From contig JBHGNT010000003.1 in NCBI GenBank assembly GCA_043228905.1, positions 20,708,001 to 20,772,000 of the forward strand: a DNA stretch of 64,000 nucleotides, given 5' to 3'. The notes under the pieces were generated by a model. That model did no database searches. It was not told where the DNA came from and was given only the letters and a program-made list of their open reading frames with translations. Positions 9,995 through 22,550 of the stretch are shown here, in pieces; the stretch's first letter is position 1, and each line of letters opens with the position of its first letter. The translations under genes were made by a program, and so were the position numbers. Origin of the DNA: Azolla caroliniana. Its lineage: Eukaryota; Plantae; Polypodiophyta.

Positions 9995-12900
9995 CTATGC
10001 TGTATTAGGCATCATTTTGCTCAATGGCTCGATCACTTTTATCTTTTCTTCACTCTCATCAAATGCAACGTAATTCTTTTCTTTGTCGTACACGTGACAA
10101 ACTGTCATGATCGACTTCATCAACCTCCAATTCCATTTCGCTTCATTTAAGTACTAAAAATCACCAAACAAAATAAAATTATTTGCAATGCAAAAGATGA
10201 GCAAAAATAAGACTAGTTCTAGACAGTTCTAGAATATGAGCGCAAACCTTCAAAATTACAAACATGCACAAAAGTAGACCATTAATACCTTGCCCCAATT
10301 CTGGCGTAAAGATTCATTTGCCATTCGTAAATTGTAGCTCGGAATCTTCTGCGAGATGTGATGTGGGATATGAACGCTAATATCATGGCAAAGAACCTCC
10401 ACCCTATCAACATTTTGGTTTGTAGTTTAGCCAAACTTCAAACCCCAGACCAAAACCTTAAAATAGATACATTTAGCTTATGCTAGTAAACCTAATTCAT
10501 AAACAGCAAGTACTTACGTTAACACGCTCCAATAAATCTAGAAACTAGCACCTTTATTTTGCAGTGATAATGAAACGATGATGTATGAGAAAAGAGAGTA
10601 TGAATCCTAATAACAAGGCAAAAAACCTCCACCTTATTCATCAGATTTTCTTATAGACCCCTAATATCTAACCCCTAAGTTCAAAATCCCTACGCCCAAC
10701 TACTTATTTTATCATGTCAACATATTTAGATGACCCTAAACCTTAATTCAGACATTCTAGACCTAAACCCGTACGCTAGCATGGCCCATTTACTACATCA
10801 AAATGCTGAACCATAAACTTTAAATCCCTGAATGGCCACTATGTGAGCATATCACCATATTTAGATTATTGGTACCAAACCCTAAACTTTAAACCCAAAG
10901 TCCAATGTGCTAAAGCCTAAGCACATTTGTTAGCCTTGGTCTGTTCGTTACATCTATCAGTGCTATCTATAAATGTACCATAAAACTAGTATAGAAACAG
11001 CACTAGATGAGAAACAAAAGAATAAGCTCACCATCTGGGGTATTCACAATGTACTGTCCCGCCTAATTGGGCTTGTGCACTGTTCCATTGATCGGCATTT
11101 TTGAAAGGAATATGAGGAGCTGTGTGGTGGACCATCGTGAATGTGCTCATCTATTGGCATTGCAAAGTTCATATAATGTAATAAAGCTCAAATCATTTTC
11201 ATAAATAATAAAAATAGATAATAAAAAGTCTAATCAATTTTCTGAAATGAAAACTAGATAAAGCTCAATCATTGCTTACCCAAAAATGGTATCCAAGCCA
11301 TGGCATAAGCCAAAACTTGAACCATCCAATAATTCCTGTCTTGTATATAATCAATGGCCACGCAATTGCCATGAAAGCATAGACGCATGCTATACTGATC
11401 TTGACCCGTGGTCTTTCAGTTGGACGGTAGAGGTCAAGGTTAAAATGCCATACAGCCCTACACAAAAAATTTATAATTGATATATATATATATATCTTAG
11501 ATTTTAGCACATTTAAGATAAAGTTCAGTTTTTATCCAACAAGATACTATGTTGATATGTTTAGACCATTGTACAGAACTCTTTTTTGAGGTAACTTTCT
11601 ATTTTTGCTTTTGGACTCAATCAAAGAATTTATACTGTTGCATGGAACACTTTGTTGTTACAAGAACTATTGGCTATTAAGAGATATTAATATATCTTTC
11701 TTCATTTCTTGCTCTTTCTCTCTCTTCTCTTTCAAGCAGAGTCCAAATTTGAGAAATGAGATACATCTTTCTTTCTTTGAATGACATTAATACACATCTC
11801 TCTCTTTCTCTCTTTAAAGACTAACCAATGACCAATGGATGCCCATGTGCGAAGAGGACCCATGGCTGCTCTAAGAAACACCTTCAACCAGTTCGGAAAA
11901 GTCTCATACTCCTCTTTCATAACTGGATGCCATGCTGTATCTTCCTCAAGCCTATTCATTCACATGAACACATTTGCCACCATTGGTCAAATCAACCATT
12001 TTCATGTATGCATCTTTCATCTTGTACACAATTAAGTAAAAATAATGTCCCATTCATCTTGAACAATTTAGCGTAAAAAAAAACTCAATTAACCATTGAT
12101 ACTACGGTCGACTTACATGTTTGTTTTCATAGAACATGTAAGCTTATTCAATCATATATACACATTCATCAATAGAATTGGTAATGAAACCACAAAAATG
12201 AGAACAGAATTTCTAAACATGAATTTCATGGACCAAAATGTCATGATCCTTAACTTTAATGTTCACATATATGCTATGTTTTTCTATCAAGAGCTGAATT
12301 AATCATATATACACAATTCATCTCGGAAAATTCCAGTGTGATAAAGAAACATTTTGCCATCACTGGACAAATCAATCACATTAATAAATTTCATCTTTGA
12401 ATCTTTCAGTATGAAAAGAATCATTATGTAATTGCTGAACTTACATGTTCGTTTTTGCATGATGCCTATCATGCTTGAAACGCCATGGCTCATATGGGTA
12501 GATAAGGGGCAAGAATGCCAAGGTTCCCACAATATCTTCAAGCAATTTGTTGTTGGAGAAGGATTTGTGCGCACAATCGTGGCCAATAACAAAGAACTAC
12601 ACATTAAACACACAAAATTAAAAAGATAATCAAGAAGCTCAATCCTAAACTTGGGGTAGTATTTCATGTATAGTTGAAAAGTCCTAGTATCTAGAATATG
12701 CCAAAAATGTACTTACGCCTGTAATAGCTGTTCCCGTCCAAGCCCAAGCTAAAGGAAGAAGATACCATGGAGATTTTGCTATCATAAAGATGCCAGCTGC
12801 ATATGTGGCGACTGAAATAGCTATGGTCTTCCATGCTTTCAAATCATTGATCACAAAAACCTATACAAGTACATAGCAAGTTGGGATTAGACTATGCCAG

Positions 12901-14667
12901 AGTAAAAAAAAGCGGGAACATCAAGGACTCACTCAGTATAGATGATTAAGCAAATTTATATCCTATGAATCTACAAATCAAGATCCTTGTAATGATACAT
13001 ATTTAATACATCTTAACTACTCGAATACTAAATTAGATTGTTACTGGAGAGAATTAGAACATTCCAAAGTTATTCCATATGAACTTCACTACACCCTAAA
13101 AACTTTTCCCAGAAAGCCACCCAAATACCCCTCTGTAGTAGTAGAGTTTATAAAGATATAGGGGTATTTTATCTCACAGAATGGCCCATATTTGTTTTTT
13201 GCATAGGGTAAAAAATCAAGTTGGTGACGAACGCTACATTGTAGAGTTGTTCAATGATGTTTTTGACAATGTAGAGGGGTACTCCTGCAATCCAGAAAGT
13301 TACAGGTATTCTGCCCAAAAAGACCATGACCATTTACCTCAGAAGGCAACGAATCGATGACATTCTTCAATGTGATTCCTTCGGGAACAGGCTCTCCTAT
13401 TTGAGTAAATCCATATTCTTCAGCAAGCTTCGCCCGATATGCCGAGTCACTGAGAGAGTCGTCAAGGGCAGGAGAAAGTGGCACAGAAACTGCCTCTATC
13501 CTTCTTCGTGTTACACTACGAAGGTTGTTACCACCATTTTGGCTTCCCTTAGACTGCATAAGCAATCAACAATGTCAAAAATAGAGATTTTTCCATGGTA
13601 AATAAAAAACAAAAAAATACGAGCAATTTTCTCCTTATAATTAAAAGGATTTTCCATCATTAATTATAAATATTTTCACTCATAATAGAAGACAAATAAT
13701 TTCCTTCAAGATAAATAAAAACGGAATTTCTCCATTATAAAAATAAAGGATTTCCATCCATAATTACTTGCCTTCAATCTGATCTTGTCCAATCTTCCCA
13801 ACCCTGCAAACAGAACCCTATTGTATCAGATAAAGATCCACGAATAGAACCCATAACCCCAAATTCATCATATAAAAAATCTAGATTCTTTTCAGAATCC
13901 TAATGCATCAGAAACTCAAGAGGCTTTTTCAACCACTAGTAAAACTAGAACTTTTATAAACCCTAATACATCAATGATAAGATAAAACCAAAATCTTCTT
14001 TCCAACCCTAATGTATATGTACATAAACTCCAAACCCAAGCATCAGAAAAAAAAATCTAGATGCATGTAGAAAAAAGTTAGAATCTTTTGGAATCCTAGT
14101 GCATACGGGTTGAATTCAGAACTTTGTAAAACTATAATTTATGTAACTAGCATCTAAAACACGTTTCAAAGCCCTGGTTCATGATAGAAAACTCTTCAAA
14201 CCTTGATACATCCATATAGAATATCAGAATCTGTTCAAAATTTTAATGCACACATATAAACCTCAGTAATTTTTTATGCCTTATTGTATACCTTTTTCAA
14301 ACAATACAGTAGAGAAGCCAAAACCTAAGTGAATACCAAATCTGAACTTTGGTTCAGGCAATAAAACAATCGAACTTTTATAATACAGAAACCAAAAACC
14401 TAATTCATCAGATAAAGGATACAGAATCCAACAAATTATAATTACCCGTAAAGGATATATAATTCTAATTAACAGAAAGTAGACCATAATTCATTGTAAA
14501 TAAAAGCTTTCCAGTAGCCCAACCAAACTCTAATTCATCCCTGAGATAGTATACACACCAGATATCCTTTGGTTATTCAAGCTGAGGAGCCCAGAGCCAT
14601 GAATCTGCAAAGAGCAAGAAGAAACCCTAGAAGACGAAGAAGAAGCCATTATGCACCGCTCCGCCAT
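9995..14667 (-). CDS. FAD6: Plastid omega-6 fatty acid desaturase, 10 coding exons (~449 aa)
   Basis: Exons: 14667-14559, 13803-13772, 13553-13338, 12860-12717, 12596-12445, 11951-11826, 11457-11280, 11150-11032, 10403-10289, 10153-9995; phases consistent, total 1350 nt. His boxes GHDCAH, HDRHH, HIPHH and motifs [23 protein letters not shown]. Intron 2 needs a GC donor; exons 1-2 are less certain than 3-10. Confidence 0.93.
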
Positions 14668-15039
14668 AGATTTTATTACCTTTCTATTCTTCTGATGAGG
14701 AAGAAAAACAAACAAAAAAAAATAAAAAATTTATGAGGAAAAGAGGGGGAGAATTCATATCACAGAAGTACACCGTCTTCTTTCTGGTAGAAGAGAAACG
14801 TGTCAAAAAGGAAAACAGGACAAGCAGACGAACTTGCCTCTAAAATATATAGCCGCGAGGGAGCGTTTATTGGCGACACGGAGAAACAGAAAGAAAGAAA
14901 GAGAAAGGAACAGATACAGATTTAGGGTTTCTCTTGGCTCTGCTCTGTCTCTGTCTTTTCTCTGTCTCTCCGTGTCTGAGGGGAGGCTGGGTGCGCAGCA
15001 GCAGCAGCTAAAGAAGAAAAAACGAAGAAGGGAAGGAGT

Positions 15040-15097
15040 GAGAGAGAGAGAGAGAGAGATGAAATAGAGAGAGAGAGAGAGAGAGAGAGAGAAGTGA

Positions 15098-15128
<31 letters not shown>

Positions 15129-15268
15129 GATGAAGCTTGGTTGGCTTAGAGTTAGCACACAATCCAATTCGGTTTGGTTCGATTTGGATCGGTTCGGTTC
15201 GGTTCTAGCTTGTTGCATTCGGCTCGATTATGCTCTCTCTCTCTCTCTCTCTTCTACCGACATGCTAA

Positions 15269-15304
<36 letters not shown>

Positions 15305-15319
15305 ACCGACATGCTAACA

Positions 15320-15375
<56 letters not shown>
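15040..15375. repeat. GA/GT/CT microsatellite cluster at FAD6 5' end/promoter
   Basis: (GA)n 15040-15091, (GT)n ~15102-15128, (CT)n blocks 15233-15375 with duplicated TTCTACCGACATGCTAACAT spacers, GGTTC-like pentamers 15165-15205. Confidence 0.9.
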
Positions 15376-15380
<5 letters not shown>

Positions 15381-16052
15381 GATGACTGGATAAATACTCA
15401 TTTGTTGTAAACCAATTGTCTCATGGGCCAAATTTGGCCTTAGAAGACGTTAATATTTCTTTCTTTCTTTCTCTCGTCCGGCCTATGCAACTAGCTATGC
15501 AGCACATAAGCTACGTTCCGTTCGACCTTTTATGGTATACCATCTTTGTGTTCGCACCACCATATTGTGTGGAAAAAATTTCAGTTCCTTGCCGCACGTT
15601 ATTGTTGTAGATAGCCCGCAATTGTTTTAGAAGCATGACCTACAGGGACTAGGACAAATGTTTACTCTGATTGTTGGTTGTACGGTAAGGAGAGGGGTGG
15701 CAAACCACTATGTTTGATGCCTATGGACAAACAATTGGAAAACGAATGAGCGAGCGAGCTTTGGATTTAATGCCTGCATACATCCAAACAAGCTTAGGTG
15801 CACTTAATCGTTCTTTTTATCACTCCACCTAACACTTAATGTAAGACATGACAAGGGAAGAGACAAAGCACATATGTTAGTATTAAGGAAGTCTCCTCTT
15901 GCAAGTTACAATCAACCTCAACCGTTAAGATGGAATCTAAAGTTTTGAGTCCTTTATGCACACGAAACCTATCTACCAAACTCTTTTTCATCTATTGTTA
16001 CCTTAGAACTACGAGCATCCATCACATACTTCTCCAGAGTCAAACATTCTTC

Positions 16053-19000
16053 TTTTTTTGAAAAGGGATAGGCCTTGGTATTATAAAATCACAAGAAATA
16101 CAAAAGTTGTGTTGGATAAAGGAGTATGCCAACCGACTCCATTGTGCTCACATCATAGCTGATTTGTTGTGTCTATACAAGAACTACACATATTTGTACA
16201 CCATATCTCCAAGATTTTTATGTCTACTCTTGCCAAACTACAACTGAGCGTGCAATGTAACCTATACCACATAATTTGTAGCAAGAGAGTGTCCATAAAC
16301 AAAGTTAGTAGACATTGTTTCCCAAAATGATGGGAACATTATACATCCATATCATGTGATCTCCATCTTCCCTAAAAATGACCATTGAATCCCACAACCT
16401 TTTAAAGTGCATTTGCTTCATGAAAATGGCATCAACATTGCCTGTAAAACTTTCATACTGACCACATAATGTATGAATAAGTAACAACAAGAATTCAACA
16501 ATTATAATAGAAACATCCTGAGTGGTGTTGTCAAATACTGATGTACGCACGCCTTCCAAATTACCCACATCAGAATAGATGAAATTGTCTTCCAAATAAT
16601 ATCATCCCTAAATTGCAAACTATCACTTATAAAAGGTTGAGCCATTTGTATATGAGGAGGAACTATGTGAAAGGCTTCCACTATATCTCCTCCTTTTCAT
16701 ATAACAACAATTGTCCCTCTAGAATGCCCCACCTAACCACACCCCAAGTAATAACACAATTAGCATGTATCAATATCAACAACCTTAATTCTCTCTGCCA
16801 AACTTGCACAATTTTAGGACAAGACCACAATACATGCTTAATTGATTCCATCATACATCCACAACCAAATCCACACGACGTACTATTTAGTTGTCGTAAC
16901 CAAGCCTGAACCGGTAGTGTATAATGGATCAATAACCAACAAAAAAGGACAATCTTCTTAGGATTCTGCATACTCCATAACCACTTCCAATATTTAGATG
17001 CATCCATTAAAGAGGCCCCATTCGCCAACCACACTTTCATAGCAGATGGAAGATGCAATTTCCTACTTAAGAGCAACTTTCGTCCCAACTTCACAAAAGA
17101 TTGAAAAAATTGAAAAATTTTAGTATGAGACGAAGGATTTGTATGTTTCCAAAGATAATCTGATGAATCCCAATGCAAGTCCAACAACGATTTAAAAAAA
17201 AAAAACCATAGTTGGCAAAATAAGATACTATCATAAGGAGAAGGATCTAAAATCCACTTTTTATCAAATTTACCAATCACTCTCACTAGATGTTGCAATG
17301 TTGTTTGCCAAATTGACGATTCCACATCAGTTTGCCATAATCTTCCTTCCTCAGATACATCAAAATAGTAACGTTCTCCTTGAGACATTCCTTTTGCTCC
17401 TATCATAACACCAACCGGAGCAAAATATCTAAACCAAACATGCACAGAAGAAGGTGACCAATTAGAACGAAAATTCCCTAAAGATAATTGAATTGCATCA
17501 AACATAGGTCTAAAACCCCTACACATGGTAGCATCTAGCTGTGAATTATTAAGATGACAAACATAATTTCCCCAAGAGGCTATCATGGCAACTATACCAT
17601 TATCCAAGTCAACCCACTATAATCACGGTCTACTTCCAAGCAATACACCCCTCTCATTAGAAAAAATAAAATTCCAAATCAAAGGTTGTTGCAATAGTTC
17701 TTCATTCAAAGATGGGCATCTACAAATAAAACAAAACTTAACAACATCCGATGCTTTACAAATGTCAACCATAAAACCATCTATCGGAACATGTATCTGT
17801 CTTGTTTTAAAAATTGACAACAATGCCCATCTTAGAGATGGTTTTCAAAAGCCCCCCGTAGACGGTTTAATATCAACCAATCTGTTTAAAAGAAACTCTG
17901 ACCATATACCTTGAGTTGGCAAGATAGCCCTAACAATTTTTTTTGCCAAAAGAGCCTTACATTGGATGTCTGGGTCTATCGTACGTAAAATTCGTGTTCG
18001 TTTGGCATAATATTCGTTTTCCTACATTGGAAAACGAATGTGAATGTTATTCAAACATTCTTGTGTTTTTTTTTTGTTTTTTTCCCATTTATTTATTTTT
18101 TTCCATTTTTACCTCATAACAAATAGTTAATCCAAAAGTATGGTAATTATCATTCTTTGAGTGTGTTTTTCTTAGGTGAATGATTGAACCATTCACGAAT
18201 GCGAATGCACGTATGGTTCATACTATGTCTGGGTCTACCAACCCTAGACCACCATAAGAAATTTGCGTCGTAAGTGTTGACTAAGCTACCTTCGCACAAG
18301 CATCACTATTACTTCTTCCTATCCAAATAAAGTTTTGAACCAGTCATTGAATTTGCAACAAACAGGATCTAGAGAACAAACATGTAGGTGCAATATACCA
18401 CATAGATGAAAGGAGAACTTGATTAGCTATCATTACTCTGCTTGCTAAAGACAACTCCGTAGTGTCCTAAATCAACAATTTTTTGCTTAGTAATAACATT
18501 AATGGAGCTAACAATCACTCCTTATGCATATTTATACCAACTTGATAGCCCAAGTAATGAACTAAAACTCCTTCTTGAATCCAATGAAAAGACTCGGATG
18601 GTATCCATGATAGCAATGGCCACGTAGAAACCCAAAAACCCACTGATTTACACCAATTAAGTCCCAATTAACTTTTGCACTAGAGGCAACGCAAAATGTT
18701 TCCAATGCAACCAGTGTTTTACAGAAATTACCTTCTTCAGTGTGCATGTATGGTGCAGTATCATCTGCAAACTCCACATCTAAAATCATATTGTTAGAGA
18801 TCGGTGTGACTAGCCCTTGGATCCCAACACCTGCTGAATTAAAATATGCGGAGAATACCTCCGTAACAATAAGAAATAAAAAAGGGGCTAACATACACCC
18901 TTGGCGAACTACTCGTGACATTTGAAATGTTCGTCCTCTACCTCCTACTACTAAGATAGAACTATAAGTTAATTTGTACAAAGCTGCCACTGCAATAATC

Positions 19001-20830
19001 CAAGCTTTTGGAAACCCTAATCTTCTCATTGCCTCTTCTACAAAAGTTCCAATTCACTCTATCATAGGCCATTTCAAAATCTAACAATAAAATTACTAAG
19101 TCCTCTTTCTTGGCCATACCCGAGGAGGATAACTCCCAAAACAAAGCAAAAATATCATAGATACTCCTATCTTGCATGCAACCTGTTTGAGAAGTATGAA
19201 TAATATCAGGCAATAAAGGTTGCAAACGCAACACCAATACCTTAGCATAAAATTTGTAAATTGTATTGAGTAATGTGATTGGCCACCATGCCCTAATGTC
19301 CTCTGAAGCTCCATCACCTTTAGGGATAAAACAAATCAACCCCTCCTTCCATTCCTCTAGCATAGCTCCAAAATAAAATTTTATTTGAAAAGCACTAGTT
19401 AAATCATCAGCTATAATGTCCCAATATTGTAAGAAAACGTCCCTTATTAGTCCATCCTCTCCTGGGTAGACCTCGGAACCCAAAGATTTTAATGCTTGTT
19501 GAACCTTAGAAGAAGAAAAATGGCATAAAAGAGTTTGAACCATTTGATATGTAACACATGGCTTTGTTGCACCAAAAACTATACCCCTCATTGCCAATAC
19601 ATTTTGACTCACCTCATTAGCAGACAACAATTGTTCATAATACCGAGATGTTAACTCTCGCATTTCATCCGGATCCATTGAGAGAGTACCGTCATCCCTC
19701 TTTAATGCACCCATCTGAAACTTACGCGGTCTTGGAGTAACTACATCAAAAAATAATTTGGACATTTTGTCCCCTTTTTGAGACCATTTTGTTGCAAATG
19801 CAAAGTATTTAAAATAAGCAATTTTAGATTGCATAAGAAAAATTGCATCTCTTAACTTCCGTAAGTTGTTTTCAAGATAAATTGAGTTGATATCTCTTTC
19901 TTGCAAGCATTGAATCGAGGCCAACCCTCTTCTTGTATTTGCCAACCGAGAGACAAGAAAATGTTTCTTATCTTTAGCCTGACCTAAAAGTAGTTGCTTA
20001 AGTTGAAATAAAGCCACAAAAACCTTAGATAACTTATCAGGAGCAAAGACACTAGACCAAAGGGAAGCAACACTCTCCATAATGGAATCATCCTTTTGAA
20101 TCCATTTTGGAATCTTTACATGATCATGAAATACAACAAATCGCAATTTCAAAGTCAGTGTGATCTGAAAAGTTTGTACCCAGCACTATCCCTAGAGATC
20201 CACGTAAATCCCAAAATTATTGATTCGCGTGAAACTTGTCAATCCTAGAGATATTGGCATTTGCTACCCGCCTGTTCGACTGAGAAAATTGTAATGACTC
20301 TACCCTTCTTGCAAAATACTGCATAAACCATAAGTCCTACAAGCTAACTTTAAAGCATAAATTTTCCCACTCAGCCAATTCAACATCTGAGATTGTAATT
20401 GTGCCCCCACCCATACAATTAGAAGGGTCTTCAAGCATATTAAAGTCCCCAACAATGCACCAATGATCAATTACAGGGAGATCAGTCCACAATTAGCACC
20501 AAAATTGTGCCCTTCCCCTTGCTGAATTCGGTGCATAAACATTCAAGAAACCAACTTTTTTCTCTAATAGATTTAATACTATAAATTGGGCACAACCGCC
20601 CTGTAAAAAACCCTTGTCTACAATCAAAGAAGCCCATTTTTCAGAACATGCAATAGCAAGCCCCCCTTGCATTCTAGATGGCCCATAAGCCGAAATCCAA
20701 TCATAAAACCACCATCCCTTCTCTAGAGTCAACTTGATTGTGTGCATACCCAAAACAATTGCTTGGTGAACCAAAAAGTGTACAAGTCCAATCACTACGA
20801 CTAATGATTGTTATTGATAATGTCCAACCA
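16053..20830 (-). mobile_element. Decayed, 5'-truncated L1-clade LINE (ORF2: APE endonuclease, RT, zf-RVT)
   Basis: NVYAPN (20493-20795); WPITLLNTIYK and LLLDFEMAYDRVNW (18962-20152); RQGCMLAPFLF and EFADDT (18562-19029); CGFGCGC..ESIKHVLWSCP (16681-17607); short poly(A) at ~16053-16059. Several frameshifts/stops; no TSD found. Confidence 0.9.
17979..18224. mobile_element. 246-bp insertion in the LINE with 13-bp flanking direct repeat
   Basis: ATGTCTGGGTCTA at 17966-17978 and 18225-18237; removal restores GGLGLVDPDIQCKALLAK; degenerate terminal inverted repeats and an internal 11-bp hairpin. Confidence 0.8.
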
Positions 20831-21027
20831 ATCGGATAATCATAAACTCTGACTATCATTGATCTAGATCTCATTAACCTATATCTCTCTTCCTTTATCT
20901 CATTTCCTAGAGCCAAAGGTGTCCCTTGTACTCTAACCAATGTTTTATTGTCATGAGTTTTTGTTGGTCCCCCCTAATTGCTTCTTGTCTGACCTAGAGT
21001 TGTATTGGGTTCAAGTCATTTTGACCT

Positions 21028-21482
21028 TGTTACAGGCATGACCATATAATATCCCGTGGTGAGAATTTACCGTAATATTCTATACACGTGGATAAGTGCG
21101 AGGGTTAAACGAGAGTGTAAAGAAGGGGAGGATTACTTTTAATCCTCGGGATTGAGACAACCCATTAGCCCAAGTGAGAACTTGTCTGGGGGCCTTGGGT
21201 ATCACTATAAATAAGAGGCCTAGCTACCCTCATTTCATCATCTGGTTGACTACGTCGAGACTCTGTCTTGTGGTGGGTCAACTCTTGTAGCGAGTGCGCC
21301 AGCACCAGGTACGACTCGACGCCACGATGGTGGTATGAGACGCCGATCGAGGCTCGAGTCCGTCTCGATCCCTTCGCTCGGGGGTGGTCGGGTGGATCAA
21401 CACCCTTCTTTCTCTCTCTCCTTTCTATCTAGATCTATCTTTTATTCTTATTTTATGCTTACATTAGTTCATGTCTCTAATA
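21028..21482 (+). repeat. Chromovirus 5' LTR
   Basis: Starts TGTTAC, ends CTAATA; TATAAATA near 21207; matches 40911-41365. Confidence 0.95.
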
Positions 21483-21827
21483 GTTGGTATTAGAGCCTAT
21501 GTTCTAATGTTTCTTTTGTTTTCTTTTCTTTTGTTGATTGATGGTGATCGATCAATGTGCAGTCGGCCTTGATCCAGACAACAATCAACAAAGGAACTTC
21601 GGTAACTCTTTCCTTCTTCTTCTTTTCTATTTTTTCTTCTCCCATCTAATCATGTGTATAGTCTATATGTAATTGTTTTCATTAATTTAATGATGTTGTA
21701 GTGGTAATTAATTGGTTGTATAAAACGTTTACATATATGTATGAGGTCAATACCTCATTTGACATATATTGAATATGTGATTAGTGTCATATGCGCACAA
21801 GGTTAATACCTCAATTGCGTATTACGC

Positions 21828-22477
21828 TGTCGAGGTATTCCTCGCGGATGCGTGGAATGAGGCGGGACCTCGGGGGTCTTGTACCGAAGAGCAAGAGAGA
21901 AAGGAGAAGGGAAGGGACCCACTACGTGCGAGCGTAGATCCACAGGGACACGGCCCTTCGATACGAAGACGCGAGCGGGGAAACCAACACAGAGAGGCAC
22001 GAAGGTATGTATGTATATATATTAACAGAGACAAACAACAAGAAGCGCGAAGTCGGTTACAACCGAACAGGCCGGCGAACAGATGCCGATGCCTGTTCGC
22101 AAACGCTCAGAAAGAAAAGGGGTAGGTTGGAGGTGCTGCCGGAAGCACTCGGGCATTCCTCAGAGCAACGCGAGCCTCCCGAAAACCTGCACAGAAAGAA
22201 GCTACGGAGTCTTGGAAGAGAGCGAAGCCTTCGGCCGAAAACCCAACAACACTTCGTCCTCTCTATCGTCGATCCCCTTCCTCCTTCTCGTCTCCCTCCT
22301 TTTATAGGCAAGAAAGGAGCCGTTTCCCATTAACTTCCTGCCTACCGAATCTACCTACCTAGGATCTTCTATGTACCTAATTCTCTCTTACGTACAACAT
22401 AAGGCGTACATGCATGAAGAGCCGGTTCCTACGCTACGGTGCACCGATTCCGCTTGTGGACGGTTTTCTTCACGACA
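21828..22477 (-). repeat. 3' LTR of inner Gypsy
   Basis: TGTCG...TTCACGACA on +; adjacent minus-strand PPT GGTTAGGTGGGGGCGGA. Confidence 0.95.
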
Positions 22478-22550
22478 TCCGCCCCCACCTAACCGCGCAT
22501 CCACCGGCATGCACCAAATTGAGTTGGGACGGAGAAAACCGGTCCAACCT

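Noticed and set aside
13123-13170. Short inverted repeat AAATACCCCT/AGGGGTATTT in FAD6 intron 3 resembling the MITE ends at 47554-47886
   Set aside because: Only 10 bp with no TSD; too little to call an element.
14803-15393. ORFs rich in LSLS/ERER/HTHT
   Set aside because: Translations of microsatellites.
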